Positions 18,149 to 26,969 of a stretch of 64,000 bases of DNA are shown piece by piece. Location: contig CAZQNY010000003.1 of the NCBI GenBank assembly GCA_964594665.1, positions 3,225-67,224 on the forward strand, written 5' to 3'. How positions within the stretch are numbered: the stretch's first letter is position 1; the number at the start of each line of letters is the position of its first letter. The position numbers and the translations under genes were made by a program. Below the pieces are notes generated by a model, which did not search any database, was not told the DNA's origin, and saw only the letters and a program-made list of their open reading frames with translations. The stretch comes from an uncultured Bacteroidales bacterium. GTDB taxonomy: Bacteria; Bacteroidota; Bacteroidia; Bacteroidales; BM520.

Positions 18149-19606
18149 ATGAAAATTTCCCCAAAAATTCTGATTCTTCAACTGATCATTCTTGCGCTGT
18201 TCACCTCATGCAATGATCCTGATGATCCAAACAACCTTGATAATGAACTTGATACTTTCACGGTAACGGTAGATGAAAACCCCCATGTACCCGGAAATAT
18301 GATTTCATACAACAGCGGGGAGAATACTTCTACCTTCTGCTTCTCTCCAACAATGACAAAAGATGGCAAAGATGATGGTGTATGGATTGCCGAAACAGAA
18401 TTAACATACGCTCTCTGGAAAGAAGTTTACAACTGGGCTGTGGATGCCGGATACTCCCTGTATAAAAATGCGCAGCCAGGAAGTAATACAGATTTCCCGG
18501 ATACGCACCCCGTTACAAGGGTCGGCTGGTACGACGCTGTGGTGTGGTGTAATGCATACACTGCCTATTACAACTTCCATAATGGTGATAAACCGGATTA
18601 TGGTTTTGTGTATACCATAAACGGTGACCCCGTGAAAGATTCGGATCCGGATAATACGTCCTTTGGCTCAATGACTATCGACCACAGTAAAATGGGCTTC
18701 CGGCTTCCTACCAATGAAGAGTGGTACTACGCCGCAAAATATCCCTCTACGCCCGATGATTATGCCAGTGGTGCCACCGGGAATTGTGAAAATACCTCCG
18801 CAACAGAGAATGTAGCCTGGTACAATGCATGCAGCTCCGCAGAGACTCACCCCGTTAAGGAAAAAACAAAAAATCAACTCAACCTGTACGATATGAGCGG
18901 CAACGTGAAAGAGATTGTCCTTGATAAACTCGCTGAATACAACGGTGACTATAATAACAGGGGAGGAGCATATAATTCCGCAGCAGAAAATGTTACTATT
19001 GGTAACGGGCATCAACCTATAGAACAGCATAGCAGCTCTGTTTCGCAAGGCTTTCGTATTGCCCGTACCATCGGCGATGATAACAACGCAGGGTTTAATA
19101 TTAATACCGGCGGCGGTAGTGGTTCCTGTGAAGCAGGCCATGGAACGGGATATTTGAAAATGGGAGGTGACTCTGTAGCCATTACTAAAGCGATGGGTGG
19201 CGATTATAACACGCTCCTGCAGGGAGGCTACCTGCAGCTGGATCTCTTTACAGAGGGCCTTTCCGTTAATAAAGATGTAAACTGGGGCTTTGAAGGATCC
19301 GGAAGCCAGGTGGGATTGTGGCCTATCATGACACAAAATACCACTCTCGTAGCCGGTGAAGATTACCTTGATGACGCCCCGTTGCTGTCAGCATATATCG
19401 ACTTTGACGCTTCTATTACCCCCTGGGAAGCTGCAAATGGTTTTATCGCCAACAATATTTCAGTATTTACTGTCGAAAAGGAAGATGATATCTACACGAT
19501 TACGATAAAAGCCACAGGAACAGATAATTTCTATAATGAAAATGTCCCTCTGGAAGTTTTCTATCACGGAACGATTAATTACCTGATCGCCGGTCAGGAT
19601 TACTAA
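18149..19606 (+). CDS. Lipoprotein with an FGE-sulfatase/SUMF1-type domain and an extra C-terminal domain
   Basis: 485 aa from the ATG at 18149. Lipobox LALFTSC. SUMF1-type motifs GFRLPTNEEWYYAAK, NLYDMSGNVKEIV, RGGAYNS and GFRIARTI. About 170 further aa are unassigned. Confidence 0.8.
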   Translation: MKISPKILILQLIILALFTSCNDPDDPNNLDNELDTFTVTVDENPHVPGNMISYNSGENTSTFCFSPTMTKDGKDDGVWIAETELTYALWKEVYNWAVDAGYSLYKNAQPGSNTDFPDTHPVTRVGWYDAVVWCNAYTAYYNFHNGDKPDYGFVYTINGDPVKDSDPDNTSFGSMTIDHSKMGFRLPTNEEWYYAAKYPSTPDDYASGATGNCENTSATENVAWYNACSSAETHPVKEKTKNQLNLYDMSGNVKEIVLDKLAEYNGDYNNRGGAYNSAAENVTIGNGHQPIEQHSSSVSQGFRIARTIGDDNNAGFNINTGGGSGSCEAGHGTGYLKMGGDSVAITKAMGGDYNTLLQGGYLQLDLFTEGLSVNKDVNWGFEGSGSQVGLWPIMTQNTTLVAGEDYLDDAPLLSAYIDFDASITPWEAANGFIANNISVFTVEKEDDIYTITIKATGTDNFYNENVPLEVFYHGTINYLIAGQDY

Positions 19607-19645
19607 ATGATTTAGTGGTGGTTTAATGGGGGTAATGCAGAATCG

Positions 19646-19677
19646 CAACTAATAGTTGGAATTCCAACTATTAGTTG
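19646..19677. promoter_or_regulatory. Perfect 32-bp palindrome, candidate double MarR operator (possibly also a terminator hairpin of the upstream gene)
   Basis: CAACTAATAGTTGGAA/TTCCAACTATTAGTTG. It consists of two 13-bp sub-palindromes, CAACTA-N-TAGTTG, around GAATTC. It ends 12 nt before the marR ATG. Confidence 0.55.
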
Positions 19678-19685
19678 TATTTTTG
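19678..19685 (+). promoter_or_regulatory. Candidate -7 promoter box (TATTTTTG)
   Basis: Matches TAnnTTTG directly after the palindrome, 4 nt before the ATG at 19690. This would imply a very short or absent leader. Confidence 0.3.
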
Positions 19686-19689
19686 CTCC

Positions 19690-20208
19690 ATGGATAATCA
19701 TCATTCAAAACATCATCGCTCCGCAGGAAAGCTTATTGGGATTATTTCAAGAGCTTCACAGGTTTATTTTCACGAGAATTTCAGGCCCTATAATATTGGT
19801 CACGGCCAGATAAGAACCCTGTTGTTTATTTCAAAACATGAAGGTTTAACGCAGAATGAGGTAGCCTCACATTTTGATATGGATAAATCATCCATCACTT
19901 CACAAATAAATATTCTTGAAGAGAATGGATACGTAAAAAGGGAACGATCTGAGAAGGATGGTCGCTATTTTCAGCTGCATATTACGGATAAGACAAAAGA
20001 GATTCTAAAACCCATAAAAGAGATCCATTCCCAATGGACAACTATTCTTTTGGAAGGATTCAGCAATGAAGAGCAGGAAGAGCTTTTTAACTATCTGGAG
20101 CGAATGAAAGATAATGCCATTGGTGAAGTTTCGGATATTAAAGATCTTCGAAAACATCAGGGAGGTGGTATGTGCAAGCATAAAGAAGGAAAGGGGCAAA
20201 ATGAGTAA
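19690..20208 (+). CDS. MarR-family transcriptional regulator
   Basis: 172 aa from the first ATG. wHTH LTQNEVASHFDMDKSSITSQINILEENGYVKRER. Overlaps the MATE gene start by 8 nt. Confidence 0.9.
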   Translation: MDNHHSKHHRSAGKLIGIISRASQVYFHENFRPYNIGHGQIRTLLFISKHEGLTQNEVASHFDMDKSSITSQINILEENGYVKRERSEKDGRYFQLHITDKTKEILKPIKEIHSQWTTILLEGFSNEEQEELFNYLERMKDNAIGEVSDIKDLRKHQGGGMCKHKEGKGQNE

Positions 20209-21565
20209 TCGAGTCAAAAGAAATCTTATAGAAGGAGATATCAAAAAACACCTCCTCCATCTCACCTGGCCTATGTTAATAGGTATGATGGGGATTGTAG
20301 TATTTAACCTTGTGGACACCTTTTTCGTAGGGCGTTTGGGTGTACAGCAGCTGGCTGCAATGAGTTTTACGTTCCCGGTGGTGATGTTTATCAATAGCAT
20401 ATCTCATGGTGTTGGTATTGGTACCAGCTCCCTGATATCGAGAAATATTATTGCCACTGAGCGGGAAAAAGTAAAGGTTATGGCCGGCAGGGCTTTGCTT
20501 TTGGGTGTAACGGTTATTTTGGTATTTGTGGTTATTGGTGAACTAACTATTGAGCCTCTGTTTCGATCCCTCGGAGCGAATGAAGAGCTTTTGGGATACA
20601 TCAAAGAATATATGCACATATGGTATTTTGGGGTTCCTTTTGTTGTTATTCCACAGATTGGGAACAATATACTGCGTGGCTCCGGCGACACCTTCACGCC
20701 TGGTATGATCATGCTCAACTCTGCCGTGATGAATGTGATCCTTGACCCGCTGCTGATATTTGGATTGGGCCCTTTGCCTGCGATGGGATTAAAAGGTGCA
20801 GCCCTGGCCACTGTGATATCCCGCGGTATTAGTATGGCCATTATTCTTTATTTATTAATTAAAAAAGAGAAACTTATTACCGTTCGTTTTGGCAGGCTGA
20901 AAGAGATTTTTGGTACCTGGAAGCAGGTGGTATACATTGCAGGGCCTGCCTCTCTGGCAATGTTAATAACACCCATTTCCATAGGTTTTATCACTCGTAT
21001 TATTTCCGGTTTCGGCAAAGAGGCTGTGGCGGCTTTTGGTGTTGCTTCCCGGGTGGAAATGTTTGCTCTCATGGTTATCTCGGCACTGGGCTCCGTGCTA
21101 ATCATCTTTATGGGTCAAAATATCAGTAAATTGAAGTATGACAGAATCAACGAAGCCTTAAGGCTCTCAACACGGTTTTCATTGATTTGGGGGGTGGCAG
21201 TTTTCGTTCTTCTTTTACTTCTGGGCAGGAGTGTTGCCGGTCTGTTTACAAATGATAGTATAGTAATTGAAATGACGCGAAATTATTTTTTAATTATTGG
21301 TGCCAGTTACGGCTTTCTGGGTCTTGTAATGCTGAGCACCGCAAGCTTTAATGGTATTAACAAGCCTTATCCATCCGCATTTTTTTCTATGGTCAGAATG
21401 TTGGTTTTATATGTGCCTCTTGCCTGGTTGGGTTCAGGGATCTTTGGTATAAACGGTGTTTTTTACGCCGGTATGATTGCCAATGTTTTTGTGGGTGTCA
21501 GCGCATTTGCATATTTGAAAAAGGTGTTAACCAGGATGCGGGAGAATCATCAGGCTGCCGGTTAA
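20201..21565 (+). CDS. MATE-family efflux transporter
   Basis: 454 aa from the ATG at 20201. About 12 TM helices. N-terminus HLLHLTWPMLIGMMG is typical of NorM/DinF-like proteins. Confidence 0.9.
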   Translation: MSNRVKRNLIEGDIKKHLLHLTWPMLIGMMGIVVFNLVDTFFVGRLGVQQLAAMSFTFPVVMFINSISHGVGIGTSSLISRNIIATEREKVKVMAGRALLLGVTVILVFVVIGELTIEPLFRSLGANEELLGYIKEYMHIWYFGVPFVVIPQIGNNILRGSGDTFTPGMIMLNSAVMNVILDPLLIFGLGPLPAMGLKGAALATVISRGISMAIILYLLIKKEKLITVRFGRLKEIFGTWKQVVYIAGPASLAMLITPISIGFITRIISGFGKEAVAAFGVASRVEMFALMVISALGSVLIIFMGQNISKLKYDRINEALRLSTRFSLIWGVAVFVLLLLLGRSVAGLFTNDSIVIEMTRNYFLIIGASYGFLGLVMLSTASFNGINKPYPSAFFSMVRMLVLYVPLAWLGSGIFGINGVFYAGMIANVFVGVSAFAYLKKVLTRMRENHQAAG

Positions 21566-21570
21566 AACGT

Positions 21571-22461
21571 CTACTGTGCCTGTGGGCAGGAATCTGTGTT
21601 ACGGGGCTCCACATGGATGGTCAGAACAACATTGTAATTTAATTTCACGGCTTTTTCAATATTCGATGCCAGCGAGTGACTTTCGTCAATGGTCATACTT
21701 CCCGGAAGGCATATATGTGCAGTCATTTCCTTGTGGTGGCCGTAATCGTGCAGGTGAATATGATGAAGGTTTATTTTTCGATTACTAACATGGTCAGCCA
21801 GATTCTGGATCTCTTTTTTTAGTCTCTCGTCGGGTTTCTGCCCTAAAACCTGGTTTACGGCATCGCGGAGAATCTCCCAGGCGGCGTAGATAATTAACAG
21901 TGCTACCACAATACTCAGCACTCCATCTATCCACCAGAAATATTTTCCCAGCAAGATACCCACAAGTACAATAACCGATGATAACGCATCGGTACGGTGA
22001 TGCCAGGCATCGGCTTTTACGGCTGTATTTCCTGTTTTCCGGCCGGCATACAATGCGTATTGGGCCATGGCTTCTTTGATAAGTATTGATAATATAGTTA
22101 CTACAATTGCGATAATCCCAAATGTGGCCTCTTTTCCTCCCTGCAGTCGGTCGATGCCTTTAAGCACAAAGTCGAAGGCGATAACAGCCAGTAGCACACC
22201 AATCATAATCGCCGCCACAAGTTCTATGCGCCCATGACCGTAGGGATGATCCCTGTCGGCAGGTTTTTTTGAATAATGCGCTGCAAAAAGCACAATGCCG
22301 GAGCTTAATGAATCACTCAGCGTGTGCCAGGCATCAGCAATTAATGCCACAGAGCCACTGACTATACCGGCCCAGTATTTGAAGCCAAACAAAATGGTGT
22401 TGCCTGCAATCGACAGCCATCCCTCGGTAACTGCGTAATCACGGGGTTTTGATGTTTTCAT
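21571..22461 (-). CDS. Cation diffusion facilitator (CDF) family metal transporter
   Basis: 296 aa. HxxxD-type metal sites DAWHTLSD and DAWHHRTDA. C-terminal cytoplasmic domain. Confidence 0.9.
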   Translation of the reverse strand: MKTSKPRDYAVTEGWLSIAGNTILFGFKYWAGIVSGSVALIADAWHTLSDSLSSGIVLFAAHYSKKPADRDHPYGHGRIELVAAIMIGVLLAVIAFDFVLKGIDRLQGGKEATFGIIAIVVTILSILIKEAMAQYALYAGRKTGNTAVKADAWHHRTDALSSVIVLVGILLGKYFWWIDGVLSIVVALLIIYAAWEILRDAVNQVLGQKPDERLKKEIQNLADHVSNRKINLHHIHLHDYGHHKEMTAHICLPGSMTIDESHSLASNIEKAVKLNYNVVLTIHVEPRNTDSCPQAQ

Positions 22462-22628
22462 GTTGCAATATTGTATTTTTTATTACAAAAGGCGCGCGGC
22501 CCAGGCAGTTTCTAAATGCTTTTGTTTTCTTTCAACGCATATTAATATTAAAAGTTTATGTATTTTTAATTAAATTCTTATATGCAACTTTGCTTTATGT
22601 ATTGTGTCTTCATTAAAACAGTAAAATA

Positions 22629-24587
22629 ATGAGAAATCTAACCATTCTTTTCTTTTGCCTTCTATTTTTTTATCCTGTATTTGCTCAGCATGAAGAAGTT
22701 GCGGGTGAATTTTTAATTCAGTTAAAATCAGGAGAGAAAACCGATCCGGAGAAAATTTTTCACCGGATTGAAATGGTGGGTGCAGATGCGGATATTCGAA
22801 TAATACGTTGTATATCATCCCAGTTTAATGTTTATCTGGGTGTTTTTGATGAAACCGGGATTACCGCTACCGGAGTAAAGAGCCTGTTAAAAACCGTTCC
22901 GGGAATACGATATGTGCAGGCAAATCACAGGCTTTCGCTACGTGAGACCTTTCCTGATGATCTCTATTTCCCCGATCAATGGAATTTGAATAACACGGGT
23001 CAGACAGGAGGTGTTGAAGATGCGGATATTGATGCTCCCGAGGCCTGGGATTTCGCCAAGGGCAATCTGACTGTTTTTGGTGATACTATTGTGATGGCAA
23101 TTATCGATGATGGTTTTTATCTTAATCATGATGACTTGAATTTTTTTAAGAATTATCATGAAATTCCTGGTAATGGGATGGATGATGATGGTAATGGATT
23201 TATTGATGACTATGACGGTTGGAATGCCTATGATCATAACGGGAATATTCGCATTAGAGATCATGGAACGCATGTTTCTGGCATTGCCGGTGCTGTGGCA
23301 GATAATGAAATTGGTGTCAGTGGTGTTACCTGGGGTGGAAAAATACTTCCTGTTAGTGGTACCGAAGAGGTAGAGGCAACCCTTGTAGAGTGCTATGACT
23401 ACGTGCTCATCATGCGAAAGCTTTACGAACAGACAAATGGAGAAAAAGGCGCTTTCGTTGTTTCGACAAATCTTTCCTGGGGTGTTAATAATGGAGATCC
23501 GGATGATTTTCCCATTTGGTGTGCCATATACGACTCGCTGGGTGCGTATGGAATTCTTAGCGCAGGGGCAACAGCAAATGCCAACTACAATATCGATGAG
23601 GTACTTGATATGCCAACAGCCTGTGATTCGCCATTTTTAATTACTGTTACCAATACCACCGACGACGACGAGAAGCATGTTTCTGCTGGTTATGGTGCCA
23701 CAACCATTGATCTGGGTGCCCCCGGAACGGCAATTTATAACACACGACAAGGCAACACCTATGGTTTCAAATCAGGTACTTCCATGTCGACACCACATAT
23801 TACTGCCGCAGTGGCTGTATTGTTCTCAGCCGCTGATGAGGCGCTTATGAACAGGTATAAAAATGATCCGGCGACCATTTCGCTGTTGTTTAAGGATGCC
23901 ATACTTTCAACTACCGATACGGTGGAAACGCTGTTGGGTAGCTCAGTCTCCGGAGGCCGCCTGAACCTCGCCAATGCGGTGCAGTATATCCTTTCTCCAC
24001 CACAGCCGGCAGCAATCTCTTTTGCCTCCGACAGCCTTCTGCTAACCCTTCATCAGGGTGAGTTAGCCGATACTGCAATTGTTATTTCCAATGCGTCGGA
24101 TTTTCCGGCTCCCGTAATTGTATCAGCCTCTGATGCCACTCCCTGGATGAGGTTTTCTGATTTTTCTGATACCATTCCTGCAACTTCACAACTATCTGTT
24201 AATGTTGGGTTTAATGCCGATGGATTACCTCCCGGGGACTATTATAATACCATAGCTGTTCAGACTTCAGGATACGTTTACTCCCTTCCGCTCAGAATGC
24301 ATGTTATTGGAAACGTTGGTATCGAAGAAAAAGCTGTTTTCAAGGTAAAGGTTTATAGTAATCCTGTGTTAAGCAATATTATCTCTTTTGCTTTTGAAGG
24401 TGAACAGGGTCAGGCTTTCGCATTTGAACTCTACGATATTGATGGGTTCTGTTATGCATCTGAAAATTTAATTCCCGCCTATTCCCGCGTAGTCAGAAAG
24501 ATTACTGTGCCACATAGCGGACTGTATGTTTTACATGTTTATAGTTCTGAGGGTATTTCGGAAACAAAAAAAATCATTGTACGCTGA
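22629..24587 (+). CDS. S8-family (subtilisin-like) serine peptidase with a T9SS C-terminal sorting domain
   Basis: 652 aa. Catalytic triad contexts AIIDDG, HGTHVSGIAG and GTSMSTPHITAAVA. C-terminus KVKVYSNPVLSNIISFAF...LYVLHVYS...KIIVR. Confidence 0.9.
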   Translation: MRNLTILFFCLLFFYPVFAQHEEVAGEFLIQLKSGEKTDPEKIFHRIEMVGADADIRIIRCISSQFNVYLGVFDETGITATGVKSLLKTVPGIRYVQANHRLSLRETFPDDLYFPDQWNLNNTGQTGGVEDADIDAPEAWDFAKGNLTVFGDTIVMAIIDDGFYLNHDDLNFFKNYHEIPGNGMDDDGNGFIDDYDGWNAYDHNGNIRIRDHGTHVSGIAGAVADNEIGVSGVTWGGKILPVSGTEEVEATLVECYDYVLIMRKLYEQTNGEKGAFVVSTNLSWGVNNGDPDDFPIWCAIYDSLGAYGILSAGATANANYNIDEVLDMPTACDSPFLITVTNTTDDDEKHVSAGYGATTIDLGAPGTAIYNTRQGNTYGFKSGTSMSTPHITAAVAVLFSAADEALMNRYKNDPATISLLFKDAILSTTDTVETLLGSSVSGGRLNLANAVQYILSPPQPAAISFASDSLLLTLHQGELADTAIVISNASDFPAPVIVSASDATPWMRFSDFSDTIPATSQLSVNVGFNADGLPPGDYYNTIAVQTSGYVYSLPLRMHVIGNVGIEEKAVFKVKVYSNPVLSNIISFAFEGEQGQAFAFELYDIDGFCYASENLIPAYSRVVRKITVPHSGLYVLHVYSSEGISETKKIIVR

Positions 24588-24650
24588 TTCTTTAATATAT
24601 TATAAATCAGGTACATATATTTCATTTCTTTCACTTTTCATTAAAAATTT

Positions 24651-24695
24651 CATTTTGGGAGGGTAACGTTTTACCCTTTTTGGTATTAAGAACCA
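24651..24695 (+). promoter_or_regulatory. Conserved two-hairpin motif, copy 1 (CATTTTGGGAGGGTAACGTTTTACCCTTTTTGGTATTAAGAACCA)
   Basis: Hairpin 1 is GGGTAA-cgtt-TTACCC plus T5. Hairpin 2 is TGGT-attaaga-ACCA. A near-identical copy lies on the minus strand at 54524-54569. About 90 nt upstream of the ATG at 24782. Confidence 0.6.
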
Positions 24696-24781
24696 CAACG
24701 CCAGGGCGCCGGTGTTAAGAACCAAAAAGGAGGAGGCTGAAAATCCTGAAAAGAGTAGGCTTGATATTAAGTGTTGGAGAT

Positions 24782-25276
24782 ATGAAAAAGATTTTATCAG
24801 TTTTAATGTTAACCGTAATGGTTATTGGAAGTGCAAGTGCTGGCGTACAGCAAAACCCCTTTGAGCAGGATGAACAGATTCCCTGGCCACGTTTTCGGCT
24901 CAACTGGCATATTTCTGTTATGATTAATATGCACAGTTACCTGCTGGATTGTGAAGATGGCGAAGGGTTTTGTTTCCTGTTAGGTTTCCATCGTCGCGAT
25001 AATAGTGCCGGTGAATCCATGCCAGGCCTTATAGGACCTACAAACGATGGCCGTTTCCTGGCGGTAAAGATTGATTATGATGCTGTTGAACTATATGAAG
25101 AAGGAAAATATATCAACAGGTTTAAAAACAAGCGATCAATCTATATGCCTGAAGATGTGTACTTCCCGGATGAGGTTTGGAAAAAAATGGGCATGGAACC
25201 TATTGTCTTTAAGGCAGGTACCTATAACCTGACTAACCAGGACGGGTCGTATTATATTATGTTTCCGTTGCAATAG
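24782..25276 (+). CDS. Small secreted protein of unknown function
   Basis: 164 aa from the ATG at 24782. Signal peptide MKKILSVLMLTVMVIGSASAG. No recognisable motif. Confidence 0.6.
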   Translation: MKKILSVLMLTVMVIGSASAGVQQNPFEQDEQIPWPRFRLNWHISVMINMHSYLLDCEDGEGFCFLLGFHRRDNSAGESMPGLIGPTNDGRFLAVKIDYDAVELYEEGKYINRFKNKRSIYMPEDVYFPDEVWKKMGMEPIVFKAGTYNLTNQDGSYYIMFPLQ

Positions 25277-25340
25277 TTTGAATTCTTCATGGGTAGGGGC
25301 GTGGGCTCCTGCCCTTTATATATCTAAAAAATTATTGGCT

Positions 25341-25973
25341 ATGAAAAAAACAGCTTTTCTTTTATGCTTTGCAATGCTTTTTATTGCTACCTCCTGTAAT
25401 CAGGTTTTGTCGGTTTTTGTTTTAACAACAGGTGTTTTGAGACCTAAATACCAGACAACAGAGAAGAGTATCCAATGGCTTGAAAAGAAAACCGGTTATC
25501 ATCCGGAATTTTTTGCAATTCCAAAAGATAAAGACACCTGGGAGATGATGCATGACAATAAGATGTATCCTGTCACAAGGCAGTTTAACAGGTTTGGACA
25601 GGAAATCAGCTACGATAGTGTGAAAATCTGTATGGGTAAGGCTATGAATTTTGGCGCTCAACTGGGGAAAGAAGATTTACCTGTGGTGTACCTCCCAAAA
25701 GAAGATATTGACGATTTGCGGGGAAATTTGAAATTTGTTCCGGAGATGGTTTTTGATCCCGTGGAATTGGGTGCAGAATACGATTATGCTTTGTTTGTTT
25801 TTTTCTATAGTGGCCTCATAAAACCTCAGATACAGGATATCAGGAGAGTTATCGATTCCACTGCTGCCAATCCCTACTCGAAAGTGGCAATTATTCCGGT
25901 GTGTGTTGATGGTGATAAAAGCCTTTTCAAAAATCGAAAGGAGTTCCGGAGGTGCTTTTTTACTATAGAATAA
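25341..25973 (+). CDS. Lipoprotein of unknown function
   Basis: 210 aa from the ATG at 25341. Lipobox FIATSC. Confidence 0.6.
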   Translation: MKKTAFLLCFAMLFIATSCNQVLSVFVLTTGVLRPKYQTTEKSIQWLEKKTGYHPEFFAIPKDKDTWEMMHDNKMYPVTRQFNRFGQEISYDSVKICMGKAMNFGAQLGKEDLPVVYLPKEDIDDLRGNLKFVPEMVFDPVELGAEYDYALFVFFYSGLIKPQIQDIRRVIDSTAANPYSKVAIIPVCVDGDKSLFKNRKEFRRCFFTIE

Positions 25974-25994
25974 AATGAATAGAATGTATATTTT

Positions 25995-26969
25995 GTGTGG
26001 AGGGTTGATATGTGGTGTTGGCTGCCGGTGGGCATTATTGTTTTGTGTTTTTATTCTATTTCGGCGGTTGATTACAATATTCTACCTGTTAGGATTTGCT
26101 TCTATGCAAGCATAAACCATACACTGCTCTATCCTTTTGCTGCAGAAAGTGATGGGAAAATTGTTAGCAATGACAATTGTAGCTATGACTGGAATATTAC
26201 GGTAGGAGGAACGCATCTTGAAAACTGGAAGAGCAACCCTTCCCTCGCCAACAGTTTACTTTTATCAGGTGATCTTTATGTGACGAAAAATCACAGCTAC
26301 AGGAATGTGAAAATTTCACATAAGCTAGGATATGAAACAGGGGCAATGCTTCAAGGTAACTGGGAGGTGCAGAAAGTCAGTGATTTATTTACTTTTAATT
26401 TTTTATTAAAAACTGATGAAAACCCTTTTGCTTTATCCTTTTCTTCCGATTTTCGAACGCAGTTTTTTCCGGGTTACAGTACAACATCAATTGAGAAGCC
26501 ACAAAAAACCACAACCTTTCTATCGCCGGCGACATTGCTTTTGAGTTATGGCTATTCGCGCGACTTTGGCCCAGAGCTGAACGGTTCTATGCTTATGGGT
26601 ATTTGTAGTGGGAAAGCAGCTGTTTTTATGAATCAGACGCTTTATGACTTTACTTCAGGGAAAGCATTATTCGGTGTTGCAAAGGGGGAATATGTTTCAA
26701 CCTCTTATGGCGTGAATTTTAAGTGTGGTTTTGATAAGCAGTTTCGAAATAATCTGCGCTGGCAAAATGCTACCGTGTTTTTTATTAAAGAACCTTATGA
26801 ATACCATAGAGATATTTGGCAATACACGGATTTTGAGTTGCATAATACACTTTTTATTAATGCCGGCAAGAAAATACGAACCAAGGTTGAGAGTGTTGTT
26901 ATTTATAATCCTGTCATTGATAAATCATTACAATTCCGACATGCAGTTACTATTGGCTTTGGACACTAA
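25995..26969 (+). CDS. Hypothetical protein, possibly an outer-membrane beta-barrel
   Basis: 324-aa ORF with GTG at 25995; an alternative ATG is at 26010. Hydrophobic N-terminus. Alternating aromatic/polar pattern with many Y/F/W/G and N/S/T residues. Confidence 0.5.
   Translation: MWRVDMWCWLPVGIIVLCFYSISAVDYNILPVRICFYASINHTLLYPFAAESDGKIVSNDNCSYDWNITVGGTHLENWKSNPSLANSLLLSGDLYVTKNHSYRNVKISHKLGYETGAMLQGNWEVQKVSDLFTFNFLLKTDENPFALSFSSDFRTQFFPGYSTTSIEKPQKTTTFLSPATLLLSYGYSRDFGPELNGSMLMGICSGKAAVFMNQTLYDFTSGKALFGVAKGEYVSTSYGVNFKCGFDKQFRNNLRWQNATVFFIKEPYEYHRDIWQYTDFELHNTLFINAGKKIRTKVESVVIYNPVIDKSLQFRHAVTIGFGH

Noticed and set aside
18668-19336. 222-aa minus-strand ORF inside the SUMF1-domain gene
   Set aside because: It is entirely antisense to a gene with clear family motifs, and its composition (Cys/Gly/Ile/Phe-rich) is not protein-like.
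22570-22818. 82-aa minus-strand ORF overlapping the S8 protease start and promoter
   Set aside because: It overlaps the signal-peptide region of a confident gene and has no supporting motif.
24661-24680. GGGTAA-cgtt-TTACCC plus T5 as a plain terminator of the S8 protease gene
   Set aside because: This is not fully rejected, since it may terminate the protease transcript. However, the near-identical copy at 54.55 kb has no upstream co-directional gene, and conservation extends beyond the hairpin. It is therefore reported as a shared motif instead.
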